A stretch of 64,000 nt of DNA from Candidatus Heimdallarchaeum aukensis (GCA_021513695.1 CP084166.1:480001-544000), one strand, 5' to 3'; counted from the stretch's first letter, positions 18,270 through 27,836 are shown. Notes: generated by a model from the letters alone, not told the origin. A program made the numbers and translations.

Positions 18270-19031
18270 ATGTTACAACTGAATTATGATATAAAATTTA
18301 GAAAGGATTTCATTCATGGAATTCTTTATTTGCCGGATGAAGAGGGGCAGTTCCCTTTAGTTATAAGATTGAACGGTTTTCCGGGCAATTCTCCAGAAAA
18401 AGAAGAACAAAGATTAGCAGATATTATCACCCAGAATAATATGGCTTTTTATGCCTTTGACTATGTAGGAGTAAGAAAAAGTACAGGGACATTTAATTAT
18501 TATACGAGTTTGGAAAACATAAATACTGTTATAACAGATTTATCACATCATCCTCGAATTAATCCTGCAAAGATTGCTCTTCTTGGAGAAAGCTTCGGAG
18601 GAGCAATGGCAATAAGCCAAGGAGTAAGAGACCAAAGAATAAAATGTATTGTTTTAAGGTCTCCTGTATATGATACTGAAGTTATTCCTCAAATACCGTC
18701 TTTTAATACTTTAGTTAAAATATGGTCCAGAAACAATCAAATACGTTTCCCTAAAGGAGACATAAGTGAATTATACTACAAACAAACTAATCTTTACAAT
18801 CCTAAAAAAATAGCAAATTTAGTTAATTGCCCCGTAAAATTGATTGCAGGAGATAAAGATGAGTTGTTGGAAGTTAAGGGTTTTAGAGAACTTTACAAAT
18901 GTTTACCACGGAAACTAAGAAAAGGAATTGATATCATTAAAGGAGCAGATCATAACTTTACTAAACAAAAACAGTTTATAGAATTAAAGAGTGAACTTTC
19001 CAGCTTTTTGACTTGTTGCCTTTTAGGGTAA
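18270..19031 (+). CDS. Alpha/beta-fold hydrolase, duplicate copy
   Basis: The 253-aa translation is identical to 15573-16334. It is part of the 2,696-bp tandem duplication. Confidence 0.7.
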   Translation: MLQLNYDIKFRKDFIHGILYLPDEEGQFPLVIRLNGFPGNSPEKEEQRLADIITQNNMAFYAFDYVGVRKSTGTFNYYTSLENINTVITDLSHHPRINPAKIALLGESFGGAMAISQGVRDQRIKCIVLRSPVYDTEVIPQIPSFNTLVKIWSRNNQIRFPKGDISELYYKQTNLYNPKKIANLVNCPVKLIAGDKDELLEVKGFRELYKCLPRKLRKGIDIIKGADHNFTKQKQFIELKSELSSFLTCCLLG

Positions 19032-19052
19032 ATAACTTATGGAGTGCAAAAG

Positions 19053-19517
19053 ATGAAGAAAAAAATAATCTACAACAATGAAGAATACATAATAGAAGCT
19101 AAAGGAGAAGACGAGATAGTAGTGAATAATAAGACTTTCAAAGTTAACTTAAAAGAGAAAAACAAGAATTTTTTCAATATAGAAATTCAAGGAAAGAAGT
19201 TTATTATAGAAGTAAGAGAAGGAGAATTCTATTTAGACGGAGAGAAAATAGAAAAATTATCAATTAGCCCCTATTTTCCACAATTAAAGAAACAAAAACA
19301 AATGATTAACTCTCAAAAAGAAGTAGTAAAAGCACCTATACCAGGAACTATAACTCAAATACTAGTTAAAGAAGGAGATACAGTAAAAAAAGACCAAGAA
19401 TTATTTATCCTTGAAGCGATGAAAATGAGAAATAGAATCTTAACAACCATTGACAAAGGTGTAGTAAAAAAATCTACGTTAGCGAGAATGAAACTGTATC
19501 TCAAGATCAAAAACTAG
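19053..19517 (+). pseudogene. BCCP duplicate with a frameshifted C-terminus
   Basis: It is identical to accB up to VVKK. An A7 run (A8 in copy 1) then shifts the frame, so the last ~20 residues are replaced (STLARMKLYLKIKN). The EAMKM motif is retained. Confidence 0.7.
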
Positions 19518-19769
19518 CTATAATTGAAAATTAAATAAAAAAATAACAAAACAAATTTATTGCAAAAATAATTTAAAATTCGCACAAATATTTGGATACT
19601 TCTTCTTTTTTAAATTCAAATTTTATCAAAAACTTGAAAAGAATGCTAAATAGTCTATTTTTTAAATAAATAGGAAACAAAAAAAGTTTAGACTAAGTGG
19701 TTAGTTTTTGAAGTATAAATGAGGAGAAATAGGAACTGTATAATTTAAAGAAGAATAAAAAAAATAGGA

Positions 19770-20999
19770 CTAATCAACCATAAGTTTGGGAAATTTTGAA
19801 AGTTCCATTAATTTCATGAATTTTTTTCCTTTCTTAAAAATAGTATCTATACATTCAATTATTATATCCAAAAGCTCTTCTACTTTTTCTTTTTTTACAG
19901 GTTTTAGTCCATGAGCAAGTATTGATTCATTTCTCTCTTTTAAAAGGTCTTTCATTTTGTTGGATGAAGAAAACATTTTCCCAAGATCATCATTCAAATC
20001 GTCTAAAACTAGATAACAATCATATAATCCCAACTTTACTTTTGAACCATTACTTTTTCTTTCTTTGAAATAACTTATACGTTGAGAAGAAACTCCTAAC
20101 TTTTCTAATTGCTCTAAGGATATGTCATGGGGAGGTAAATTGTAGGCACTCTTTAATCTATACTGTGCCATAAGTTCTACAGCTCTGTAGAGCCTAGCCA
20201 TTGCATCATCAAACTTTTCTTCTTTTAATCGACGTTTTGCGTTATTTAATAAATCTGCAAGAAAATAAAGGTCTTTCTCTATTTTTTTATCACTTTTATG
20301 TAACAAGTCGCACAAAAATTCTTTATTAAAACTATATTCTTTGCCAAGCTGTTTCATTTTATCAAAAGCTTCTTTATGGTTAAATCTATCCCATAAACTA
20401 AAAGAATCAATTAAATTGTAATAGTATTCTTTTGTTTTGTCTCCGTTTAATAATACTATTTCATCTAAATAATTTCGTGCAGCATTATATCGATAATTAT
20501 TGAAAGATTCTTTCATTCTCCTTAACAATAATTTGTCATATACTGAATAAAGACTTTGCTCGACAATTCTTTCAGTACCTGAAAGAACAACACCATCTTT
20601 TCTTCTGCCTGAAATCAAAGTTAGTTTTTTGTGAAAAAGTACTGCAGCGATAGCTGCACTCATAGTCATTGTTTTTGTTCCAGAAGTATAGTCAATTATT
20701 ATTTCAGAATTGGAATACTTGTATATCTCATTCTGAATTAGTTGAAAACAACTATCAAAATCATCAATAGAAGTAAATTGAATAAATTCGTAAGAAGACA
20801 ATTCCTTGTTATACTGTGATTTATGTTGCCTTTCTATCTCCTTTATTGTTTTACGACTGTCTTCAGAACCAAAAAAAACAATATGATCAGGTTTATAGTG
20901 TTCAATACAAACTAGCAGTCCATGAGCTAAACTCTCAATTTTCTTGTCAACGTCCTCCCCTATTGCAGTTCCTACAGTCATAAAAAGAATACGTTTCAT
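19770..20999 (-). CDS. csx1: CARF-HEPN ancillary CRISPR ribonuclease (Csx1 / Cas02710-like)
   Basis: The N-terminal Rossmann-like CARF domain shows ILFMTVGTA and IIIDYTSGTKTMTMSAA. The C-terminal HEPN domain shows the R-x6-H motif ERNESILAHG. It lies immediately downstream of cmr6 on the same strand. Confidence 0.8.
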   Translation of the reverse strand: MKRILFMTVGTAIGEDVDKKIESLAHGLLVCIEHYKPDHIVFFGSEDSRKTIKEIERQHKSQYNKELSSYEFIQFTSIDDFDSCFQLIQNEIYKYSNSEIIIDYTSGTKTMTMSAAIAAVLFHKKLTLISGRRKDGVVLSGTERIVEQSLYSVYDKLLLRRMKESFNNYRYNAARNYLDEIVLLNGDKTKEYYYNLIDSFSLWDRFNHKEAFDKMKQLGKEYSFNKEFLCDLLHKSDKKIEKDLYFLADLLNNAKRRLKEEKFDDAMARLYRAVELMAQYRLKSAYNLPPHDISLEQLEKLGVSSQRISYFKERKSNGSKVKLGLYDCYLVLDDLNDDLGKMFSSSNKMKDLLKERNESILAHGLKPVKKEKVEELLDIIIECIDTIFKKGKKFMKLMELSKFPKLMVD

Positions 21000-21111
21000 G
21001 GTAAACCACTAACTAACTTTTAAAATAATTAAATCAAAATTTTTAAGCGTTACTAAAAACAAATATGTAAATAAAGCAATTACAAGGTAAAAATCCGTCA
21101 TCTTACTCAAC

Positions 21112-21930
21112 TTAAATTACTTTGAAACGGCCATAACCTAATGCAGTTTTTGCACCTAGTCCATGAATTTTCAATATGCCTGGCAGTAAGCTATTAATAA
21201 AATTCAAGTCTTCATCCATTTCAGTATAGTTTCTCTTTGGTAATAGCACAATTTGAAACTCTTGTTCAACATCAACAGCAAGAAACGGAATAGGAATAGG
21301 CTTCATCCAATCTCCTGGTGCTTCTTTTTCCAAATAATATTGTGAATAATGAGGAGTAATAATTTCTCCTTTTAATCTTGGAAATTTAGTTGGTAACATG
21401 TCTAAAAATATCATAGAACCAACTTCATTTGAGAGAGTTTTTTGATTTTCTTCTTTTGATAAAGAACCAAAAATTCTCTTTATTTGTTTTTTTTCGTTAT
21501 CGTCGTCCATTAGATCTATTATATAATCACGGATAGCACCTTTCAACGAGCTACCAGGTAGAAAAGGAACACCTAATGTATAGTGCCACAGAAAACCCAC
21601 TTCAATTGGATGTGGAAGACCAACACCTGTAATAAATGGAGTCAAAGTTCTAACATAAATAATTCTTCCATTTCGCTGTTCAGACAACAATAGTCTATGC
21701 TCAATGCATCTCTTAAGTAAAAAATTTTCATGTTTTACTTCATTATCAGTAAGTTTAGTAAAATGTTCAATCCATTTTTTCTTTCCCTCACTTATATATT
21801 CGATGTAATTATTTTTTTTCCACTTGTCAAAAAATTTTGAGTAGACTAAACCCTTGTTTGCACATTTATAGTTTTCATAGAAAAAGTTTTGTTCATTAAA
21901 CTTATGTCCTTTATAGATTACATTAGTCAG
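21112..21930 (-). CDS. cmr6: Cmr6 (type III-B RAMP subunit); start uncertain (CTG 21930-21928 or an indel-corrected ATG 21937-21935)
   Basis: PFLPGSSLKGAIRDY and the C-terminal glycine loop GLGAKTALGYGRF are present. The frame stays open for 81 codons upstream of the called TTG. That extension contains Cmr6-like N-terminal sequence (NKGLVYSKFFDKW) but no in-frame ATG/GTG/TTG. Confidence 0.8.
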   Translation of the reverse strand: MTNVIYKGHKFNEQNFFYENYKCANKGLVYSKFFDKWKKNNYIEYISEGKKKWIEHFTKLTDNEVKHENFLLKRCIEHRLLLSEQRNGRIIYVRTLTPFITGVGLPHPIEVGFLWHYTLGVPFLPGSSLKGAIRDYIIDLMDDDNEKKQIKRIFGSLSKEENQKTLSNEVGSMIFLDMLPTKFPRLKGEIITPHYSQYYLEKEAPGDWMKPIPIPFLAVDVEQEFQIVLLPKRNYTEMDEDLNFINSLLPGILKIHGLGAKTALGYGRFKVI

Positions 21931-22325
21931 TTTTCATTCACCTCAACCTTGGCTTGAGCTAGTTTTTTTAGCCATCCAAGGAACTCTAAAGTTTCTATCT
22001 GTGCAAGAATATACTCATCTTGTGTTGCATTTGTAATGTTATAAATTAAATCATTAGAATCTGTAAAAATATTCACCTTTTTTAACCATGTTTCTATAAT
22101 ATCAACAATTTTTTTATGGGCCTTTTTATCGCCATTATCGGGTTTAGGAGTTGCACTTGCTAGTTCCATTGCAATGGCTTGTCCAAGACCATTCATTACA
22201 ATTGTAGCTGGTAAACTTTTCACATAACTTAAAAAGCTTGAATTGTTTATTTCGTCATCATCAATTACTTCATTTATTGATGCTAAAGCAAATTTAGCCC
22301 TATCGTTATCTGATAAAAACTCCAG
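21927..22325 (-). CDS. cmr5: Cmr5 (small alpha-helical subunit); start uncertain (CTG 22325-22323)
   Basis: LPATIVMNGLGQAIAMELA matches the Cmr5 P-x-M-I-x-x-NGL-x-Q core. The frame is open for 35 codons upstream of the called GTG and encodes DRAKFALASINEV, which is typical of Cmr5 N-termini. Confidence 0.75.
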   Translation of the reverse strand: MEFLSDNDRAKFALASINEVIDDDEINNSSFLSYVKSLPATIVMNGLGQAIAMELASATPKPDNGDKKAHKKIVDIIETWLKKVNIFTDSNDLIYNITNATQDEYILAQIETLEFLGWLKKLAQAKVEVNEN

Positions 22326-22327
22326 AT

Positions 22328-23227
22328 TTATTCACCTCCTTTATCTGCATCAATTTTATCTATATGATGAATGATTTTTTCTGCATAATCCAGTTTTACA
22401 TGAAACCAACCTTGACCAACAGTTTCATTTCCTCCGATCTGGAGAAAACAACTATTAGTTAATAAATTGTCCAAAAAATCAATTCCATCTTCCTCAGAAA
22501 AAACTAAGCAATACATTAGAGTATCAGAGGAAATGTACTCTTCGTACCACAAATTTCTGCTTGACTTTGTCTCTGAATTTAATATATTCCTTGCTCGTAT
22601 TTCTAACCCAAAATTTGCGAACCATTTAAAATCATCATTATGAAGTATAACAAGCTGGTCTTTTAGTCTGTTCCTTACATCATCATCGGGTATCATAGCT
22701 GATAATAAATTAGCCAAATTGTCTATACCTTCACTTTCTTCTTTTTCAAATTGCCGTTCTTCAAGAAAAATATATTGTTCATTCACACAAGATAGAGTTT
22801 TTCCTCTTGTCACTTCGGGAATTGTAAATGAATATTTTATTCCTAAGCGTTTTAGGTCTCTTTTCAGTCTTTCTAATATATATGGACAAGTAATCCATCT
22901 ATAATTCGTCAATAAACTTCGTACTGGTAGCAATAGTAAGCGTGCATCAGAAATTAATAATTTTCCAGCAGAATCAGAACTTCCAAAGTACTTATCAACC
23001 TTTTTATTTGTTATATTAGAATTAACACCAACATTCTCATTAGCTAAACCACGCAGTGAGCCTTTTAAACTAGTGCTTGGTATGAAAGGATAACTTGTAA
23101 TTGTTTCACGAGCTACGGGACAATCTACTATTGATGTAGGATGTCCAGTTCCTGTATGAACAAATGTTTCAGCCAACATTTTCATTATTTTCCCTTTTAA
23201 ATTCGACTTCTTTTCATTTTGTTCCAT
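22328..23227 (-). CDS. cmr4: Cmr4 (backbone RAMP, target-RNA cleaving subunit)
   Basis: Motifs seen: FVHTGTGHPTSIVDCPVARE, IPSTSLKGSLRG, and C-terminal IGGNETVGQGWF. ATG 23227 is preceded by GAGGTGA with a 5-nt spacer and follows the cmr3 stop. Confidence 0.85.
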   Translation of the reverse strand: MEQNEKKSNLKGKIMKMLAETFVHTGTGHPTSIVDCPVARETITSYPFIPSTSLKGSLRGLANENVGVNSNITNKKVDKYFGSSDSAGKLLISDARLLLLPVRSLLTNYRWITCPYILERLKRDLKRLGIKYSFTIPEVTRGKTLSCVNEQYIFLEERQFEKEESEGIDNLANLLSAMIPDDDVRNRLKDQLVILHNDDFKWFANFGLEIRARNILNSETKSSRNLWYEEYISSDTLMYCLVFSEEDGIDFLDNLLTNSCFLQIGGNETVGQGWFHVKLDYAEKIIHHIDKIDADKGGE

Positions 23228-23228
23228 A

Positions 23229-24371
23229 TTAATCACCTCTTTCCCATTTTCCAAAAAGAAATTGTCCAAATCCAAATTCAGTTAATTTACCTATTTTATT
23301 GGAAACCAATCTTTTTAATGAAGATGTATTTTTTTCATCAAAAAAGAATGTAGACCCTGGAGGAATAAAAGGTCTGACTTCTAGAGGTTCTTTTTTTACT
23401 GCATTCCATCCTCCAATGCGAAGAATATCACCAATGTTAGCACCTATAACCTCAGAACCAAACTTTTTTGACAAAAATGTCATAACTTCATCTAGAGAAT
23501 CTCCTAAATATGCAGGAGTAATAAATGTAATTGTAAAATTATCAGAAACTGTTGAAATAGGGGGTATTTTATCAATTACTGGGAATTCTATTTCCTTGTA
23601 ACTAATATTAGCTATCTTTCCTTCTCCACCTATACGGTTACACCAATTTTCAATTGAGTCAAGTAAATCAATACCATTGACTTTCATACAAAGTACAATA
23701 TTTTCTAACCTTATCATTTGACGCGAAAATAAATTTCCAGTAACTGCAGTATTGGTTGTAGGATCTATTTCAATACCAATCTCATTTTCTTTTTGCCATA
23801 ATTTATTCTCAGAGAGAAAACGAACATTTTTAAGACTTTCAGAAGAAAAGGACAATAATCTTTCTAGATCATCAAATTTAACATAATAATTTTGTAATGT
23901 TTTATAACCATAATTACCACTTCTTCTTGGAAGTAAAATACTCTTTCTATCATGTTTGTCTTTACTTATACTTGACAAATACTTTTGTTTAGAAGGAATT
24001 AAATAATCCAGATCTACAATCTCTTCGTTTTTTTGAGAGGAAATGTGTCCAATTATATGTAAAGGAACAGGAAATAAAGGATGAAATTGATTATCCTCTT
24101 TTAATAATAAGTAAGGACCAAAAAAGTCTAAAGGCCCAAGATCGGTACCATCACCCAATTTACTAATTATATTTTCATCCCATTTACTGCTTCCATCCCA
24201 TCCATAATATCGAGCTAGTAAGGATCTTATTAGTCCAGTAATTGAAAATGGAGATGGTGGAAAAACACTTTTAACAAAATCTGACGAACTATCACTTTTA
24301 TAGAAAGAATAGTTTCCTCTAAAAAACAACCTATCTAAAGGTTCAATTATGAAACACTGTTCCTTAGCCAT
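23229..24371 (-). CDS. cmr3: Cmr3
   Basis: N-terminal FIIEPLDRLFFRG and C-terminal EFGFGQFLFGKW are present. It sits between cas10 and cmr4. An alternative ATG exists at 24389. Confidence 0.8.
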   Translation of the reverse strand: MAKEQCFIIEPLDRLFFRGNYSFYKSDSSSDFVKSVFPPSPFSITGLIRSLLARYYGWDGSSKWDENIISKLGDGTDLGPLDFFGPYLLLKEDNQFHPLFPVPLHIIGHISSQKNEEIVDLDYLIPSKQKYLSSISKDKHDRKSILLPRRSGNYGYKTLQNYYVKFDDLERLLSFSSESLKNVRFLSENKLWQKENEIGIEIDPTTNTAVTGNLFSRQMIRLENIVLCMKVNGIDLLDSIENWCNRIGGEGKIANISYKEIEFPVIDKIPPISTVSDNFTITFITPAYLGDSLDEVMTFLSKKFGSEVIGANIGDILRIGGWNAVKKEPLEVRPFIPPGSTFFFDEKNTSSLKRLVSNKIGKLTEFGFGQFLFGKWERGD

Positions 24372-26373
24372 TTTTATTACCAACCCCATGTTGATAAAGA
24401 AATTTTATAATATCAAGAAAACTTATAAAAAACTCATTTTCAGAGCTTTCAGGTATATACTCATTATTCTCATCTAATACTCTATATGACCGCTTCATTA
24501 GTTTAATCAATAAGCAAATAGTGGAATCTAATTTTTCGTTATTTAATTTTCTGTTTTCATGAGTAACAAATTCAGATTTTAATACTGTACTCAAATCTTT
24601 TCCAAAATCAGATATCTTTACAACATTTAGAGATTTACTTATTTCTTTATTTTCGTTTAATTTTCTAAAGACATTTCTAATTCTATACAATGCTCCTATC
24701 GAAAGATCGACATTAGAATCATAAAATAATTCAGAAATAAATTTCTCAAAATCATATCCATTTTTCTCAATAGAAGAAATAACGTCAAAAGTTGTTACAT
24801 ATTGATATTCTTTAGTTCCTCCTTTTAATAATGAAATTGCAATACTAGATCGACCATTATAATCTTTTGCAACTTCATCCAAAAGATAATGAGCTTTTTT
24901 CAAGACATCTTGTAAAGGATCATTAAAATGAGCGAAAACAATTCCTGCGGACATTGTTGCTTTTTTAGCATGCTTATCCATTTCTTCAACAAATCTATTA
25001 TTAATTGAAATTGCACATGAAATAACTTTATTTATTGGAACAAAAGCTAGAACATCGTCACCTCCAGCGTAAACAAGTACTCCATTATAATTTCTTACAA
25101 TTTCTTCTACTTCAATTGCAAATTTGGCAAGAATCTTACTAACTTTTTTTATAGCTTCTTTTTCTCCTTTTTCTTTCAATTTTTTGATAACATCACCTAT
25201 TTTATCACCATCCATTATCAGAACAGAGTAATAAGGTGATGGTATTATTTCACACTTATCGTAAATATTATCAACAAGATTTTTAGAAAGTTTTTTTCGA
25301 TATTCTTCGTATTCGGATGGAAACATAATTTTATTCTCATTTTTTAATAAGTCAGTATAATAAAGTTGAGCATCTAACTGAAAGAAAGGTTTGATTGCCT
25401 TTGCATCTTCTGATGCTCCTTCTTTATTGAAATTAAAATCAAACCATTGAGTAACATTAGGTCTTTTCAAATGTGATAAATCTTTGACTTTTTTAGCAAA
25501 ACTAATCAAAGATTTTCTCAATTCTAAATCTGTAGCAGCTTTTTCTTCTAACATGAACAACCAAGGTAAAGCTGCAATATAAACCGTTGAGGGCCAGTTT
25601 AGTATAGTTTTGCTTTTTAGAATTTCTTCTGAACATAAAGGAAACAATCGTTTTATTAATGCAATAGAAGAAAGCCTTTCATCATCTTTTAGTACGTATT
25701 TTAAAATATTTTTTCTAACTCGTTCCCAAAATGCATCTTGCTTATCTTTTTCACTTGTACTTTTTCCTCTGATAAAACCCGATAATTCTTGCCAATTTCC
25801 CATCATTTTACAACGATCACCCTTCTCAACAGGGAAAGAAAAAGGTGACCAAAGTTTAAAGTTAGAGAAATATTTTATTTCTTCTTCATTTTCTACTATT
25901 AACCATCGTATATTCCAAAAATTACTAGTTTGTCTAGCCCAAATCTTCTTTACTTCTGGATATTGTTTTTCTAGACTTGAAAAATATCTATCCCAAATCG
26001 TATCACAAATCCTCAACCATTCATTTCTAACAACAATTTCTGCTTTTTTAGCTAATTGAAAAGGATCTTTGCTTTTAGTTTTTATCACAGCTTGGTTTGG
26101 AATTGAACCTACTTTTGGGACTCCTTCAAGACCTTTGGTTTCATTCTTATCTGATTTTTCTTTTAAAGCATTTATAAAGGAATAAAATTCATTTCCATCT
26201 AGATTAGGCGATTCTATTGTTCCTCCAGAAATCATAAATTCATGCAATGCAACCCCAGTTAAGTAAGAAAGCAAATAAGAACCTACCCATAAATCTTGAG
26301 TCTTTCTAGCTTGTGCAATAAAAGACTGAACTGGGCCTATGGAAAAAATAATTGTAGTCTCATTAGTATCCAT
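24364..26373 (-). CDS. cas10: Cas10/Cmr2, short form without a recognisable N-terminal HD domain; GGDD cyclase motif intact
   Basis: The protein starts directly with FSIGPVQSFIAQARKTQDLWVGSYLLS. Palm motifs LIMDGDKIG and VYAGGDDVLAFVP are present. Length is 669 aa. Confidence 0.9.
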   Translation of the reverse strand: MDTNETTIIFSIGPVQSFIAQARKTQDLWVGSYLLSYLTGVALHEFMISGGTIESPNLDGNEFYSFINALKEKSDKNETKGLEGVPKVGSIPNQAVIKTKSKDPFQLAKKAEIVVRNEWLRICDTIWDRYFSSLEKQYPEVKKIWARQTSNFWNIRWLIVENEEEIKYFSNFKLWSPFSFPVEKGDRCKMMGNWQELSGFIRGKSTSEKDKQDAFWERVRKNILKYVLKDDERLSSIALIKRLFPLCSEEILKSKTILNWPSTVYIAALPWLFMLEEKAATDLELRKSLISFAKKVKDLSHLKRPNVTQWFDFNFNKEGASEDAKAIKPFFQLDAQLYYTDLLKNENKIMFPSEYEEYRKKLSKNLVDNIYDKCEIIPSPYYSVLIMDGDKIGDVIKKLKEKGEKEAIKKVSKILAKFAIEVEEIVRNYNGVLVYAGGDDVLAFVPINKVISCAISINNRFVEEMDKHAKKATMSAGIVFAHFNDPLQDVLKKAHYLLDEVAKDYNGRSSIAISLLKGGTKEYQYVTTFDVISSIEKNGYDFEKFISELFYDSNVDLSIGALYRIRNVFRKLNENKEISKSLNVVKISDFGKDLSTVLKSEFVTHENRKLNNEKLDSTICLLIKLMKRSYRVLDENNEYIPESSENEFFISFLDIIKFLYQHGVGNKNG

Positions 26374-27569
26374 TATATCTCCTCTTTACAATCAAATCTA
26401 TCAAAAAATGAATCTAAAAACGACCAATTTACTGCTAAAGGGACTTCTGTTGAATTTACTATTTTTTTTACTGTTCTATTACGAATTCTGTGTTGTTTTG
26501 TTGCTATAATTTTGAGTTTATTGTTCTGTAAAAATTTGGATTTTAATATCAAACCTATTGCAGCATAATGCTGTTGAACTTTAATGATTTTTATGAAAAG
26601 CGGGCTTGCTCTTCTAGTTGCACTATTTGAAAATGGTGATATCATTACACTTGTTTTATTGCTCTGAAAATAATAATTATGAGGTAAGCCAAAAATAATA
26701 CGTTCAGGATGCTCTTCAATTTTATTTTTATTAGTAAAATCAAGCATTAGATCATGATCTCTCTTAAAGTTTCTCTCAGCTCTTATTCCTCCTGGTAGTT
26801 CTCCACTATCCCCATAACTTCTATATTTTAATAACTCAAATCCAATAGAATTTAACAATTTATTAACATCACTGTCAATTTTTAATAAACAAGCCCTAGA
26901 ATACCTTGAAAAACGGGAATACAGTAAATCATTAATTTGTATCTGGTCTTCTTCTTTAAATTCAGCAAGAAAGTTCTCAATATTAATTTTTAAATCTTTT
27001 ACATTCTTTGATTGGATATATTCTAGCTCATCACCATTTTTTATCTCTTCAATATGAAATGATCCTAACCCTCGTCTAGATCTTGCGCCTATACCTCCAA
27101 AATAACTGAGAGCTATTAGAGCTTTAATAATAGAATTTTTAATGGATTTTTTACATTTTTTATTCAAATTTCTAAAGTAGATATTTATTTTTCCATTAAC
27201 AGGTGGTAAAACATATTCCTTAATATCATCTTTATGTTTTTTAATACCATATGTTAAATAACTTAATCCATATTCATTTTTTCCATATCCTTTAAAATGA
27301 CCCTTTTTGAAGTAATCTACCTCTGCATTTAATATCACCTTAGATTTACCAACGGACTTATCTGTGCTACTGAAAATCATAGTTTCATTACGATATAATT
27401 CATCTATAGTTTTTAGCTTAAAGTATTTCCAAGCTATCGCTCGCCACCAGAATCTTAAAGCCCCTTTAAAACTAGAAAGTCTAAATTCTGCTTTAGACTG
27501 ATCATAGCCGCGTAAAAATAGAGGAGTAACTATTTCAAACTTAACTGAAATATGTTCATACTCTTTCAC
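26373..27569 (-). CDS. cmr1: Cmr1 (double RAMP)
   Basis: Motifs seen: IVTPLFLRG, FRLSSFKGALRFWWRA, and the glycine loop YFGGIGARSRRGLGSF. It is the first gene of the operon. Confidence 0.85.
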   Translation of the reverse strand: MKEYEHISVKFEIVTPLFLRGYDQSKAEFRLSSFKGALRFWWRAIAWKYFKLKTIDELYRNETMIFSSTDKSVGKSKVILNAEVDYFKKGHFKGYGKNEYGLSYLTYGIKKHKDDIKEYVLPPVNGKINIYFRNLNKKCKKSIKNSIIKALIALSYFGGIGARSRRGLGSFHIEEIKNGDELEYIQSKNVKDLKINIENFLAEFKEEDQIQINDLLYSRFSRYSRACLLKIDSDVNKLLNSIGFELLKYRSYGDSGELPGGIRAERNFKRDHDLMLDFTNKNKIEEHPERIIFGLPHNYYFQSNKTSVMISPFSNSATRRASPLFIKIIKVQQHYAAIGLILKSKFLQNNKLKIIATKQHRIRNRTVKKIVNSTEVPLAVNWSFLDSFFDRFDCKEEI

Positions 27570-27836
27570 AATTATGACACCGTCAGCAATACAATTATTA
27601 TTTTATCTATTGTTTTTTATTTATAAGTTTAGTCTAATATTTTAAACAAAGTGTAATTTTAAATTTAAAATTTAAAAAAGCAATTATTTATTTATGATAG
27701 TCCTCATTACGTTTTATTTTTAGTAAAAATAGTTGTTTTAGTTAATCTTTTTTAAATGTAAAAGATAAATACTAATTTTTTCTATTAAATGGTTTAAATA
27801 CTTTTTTAAAGAAAGTATTACCTAATACATATAATT

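Larger units (their letters stand above)
14995..20386. repeat. Head-to-tail tandem duplication, 2 x 2,696 bp (copy 1 14995-17690, copy 2 17691-20386)
   Basis: The copies match at offset 2,696/2,697 (15573-16334 vs 18270-19031; 17074-17661 vs 19770-20357). The junction is tggttaaatc|tactaaaata, with 2-bp ta microhomology. Only two differences were seen: A13 (15549-15561) vs A5-T-A8 (18245-18258), and A8 (16769-16776) vs A7 (19466-19472). Confidence 0.95.

Noticed and set aside
1-19500. The lipid/PKS block as bacterial contamination or a chimeric contig.
   Set aside because: It has the same AT-rich composition and the same GAGGTGA-type SD usage as the clearly archaeal genes. It is physically contiguous with archaeal-type carboxylase subunits and the cmr locus. 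This still deserves a coverage check.
18270-19517. Second hydrolase and BCCP genes as functional paralogues.
   Set aside because: They are part of a near-identical 2,696-bp tandem duplication that also copies gene fragments. The BCCP copy is frameshifted. This is not evidence of selected paralogy.
21112-27569. Antisense ORFs inside cas genes (22719-22904, 23299-23601, 25610-26059, 26296-26568) and near them (27818-28057, 29193-29456).
   Set aside because: They lie opposite strongly supported Cmr, Cas10 or P-domain frames and have no motifs or SD.
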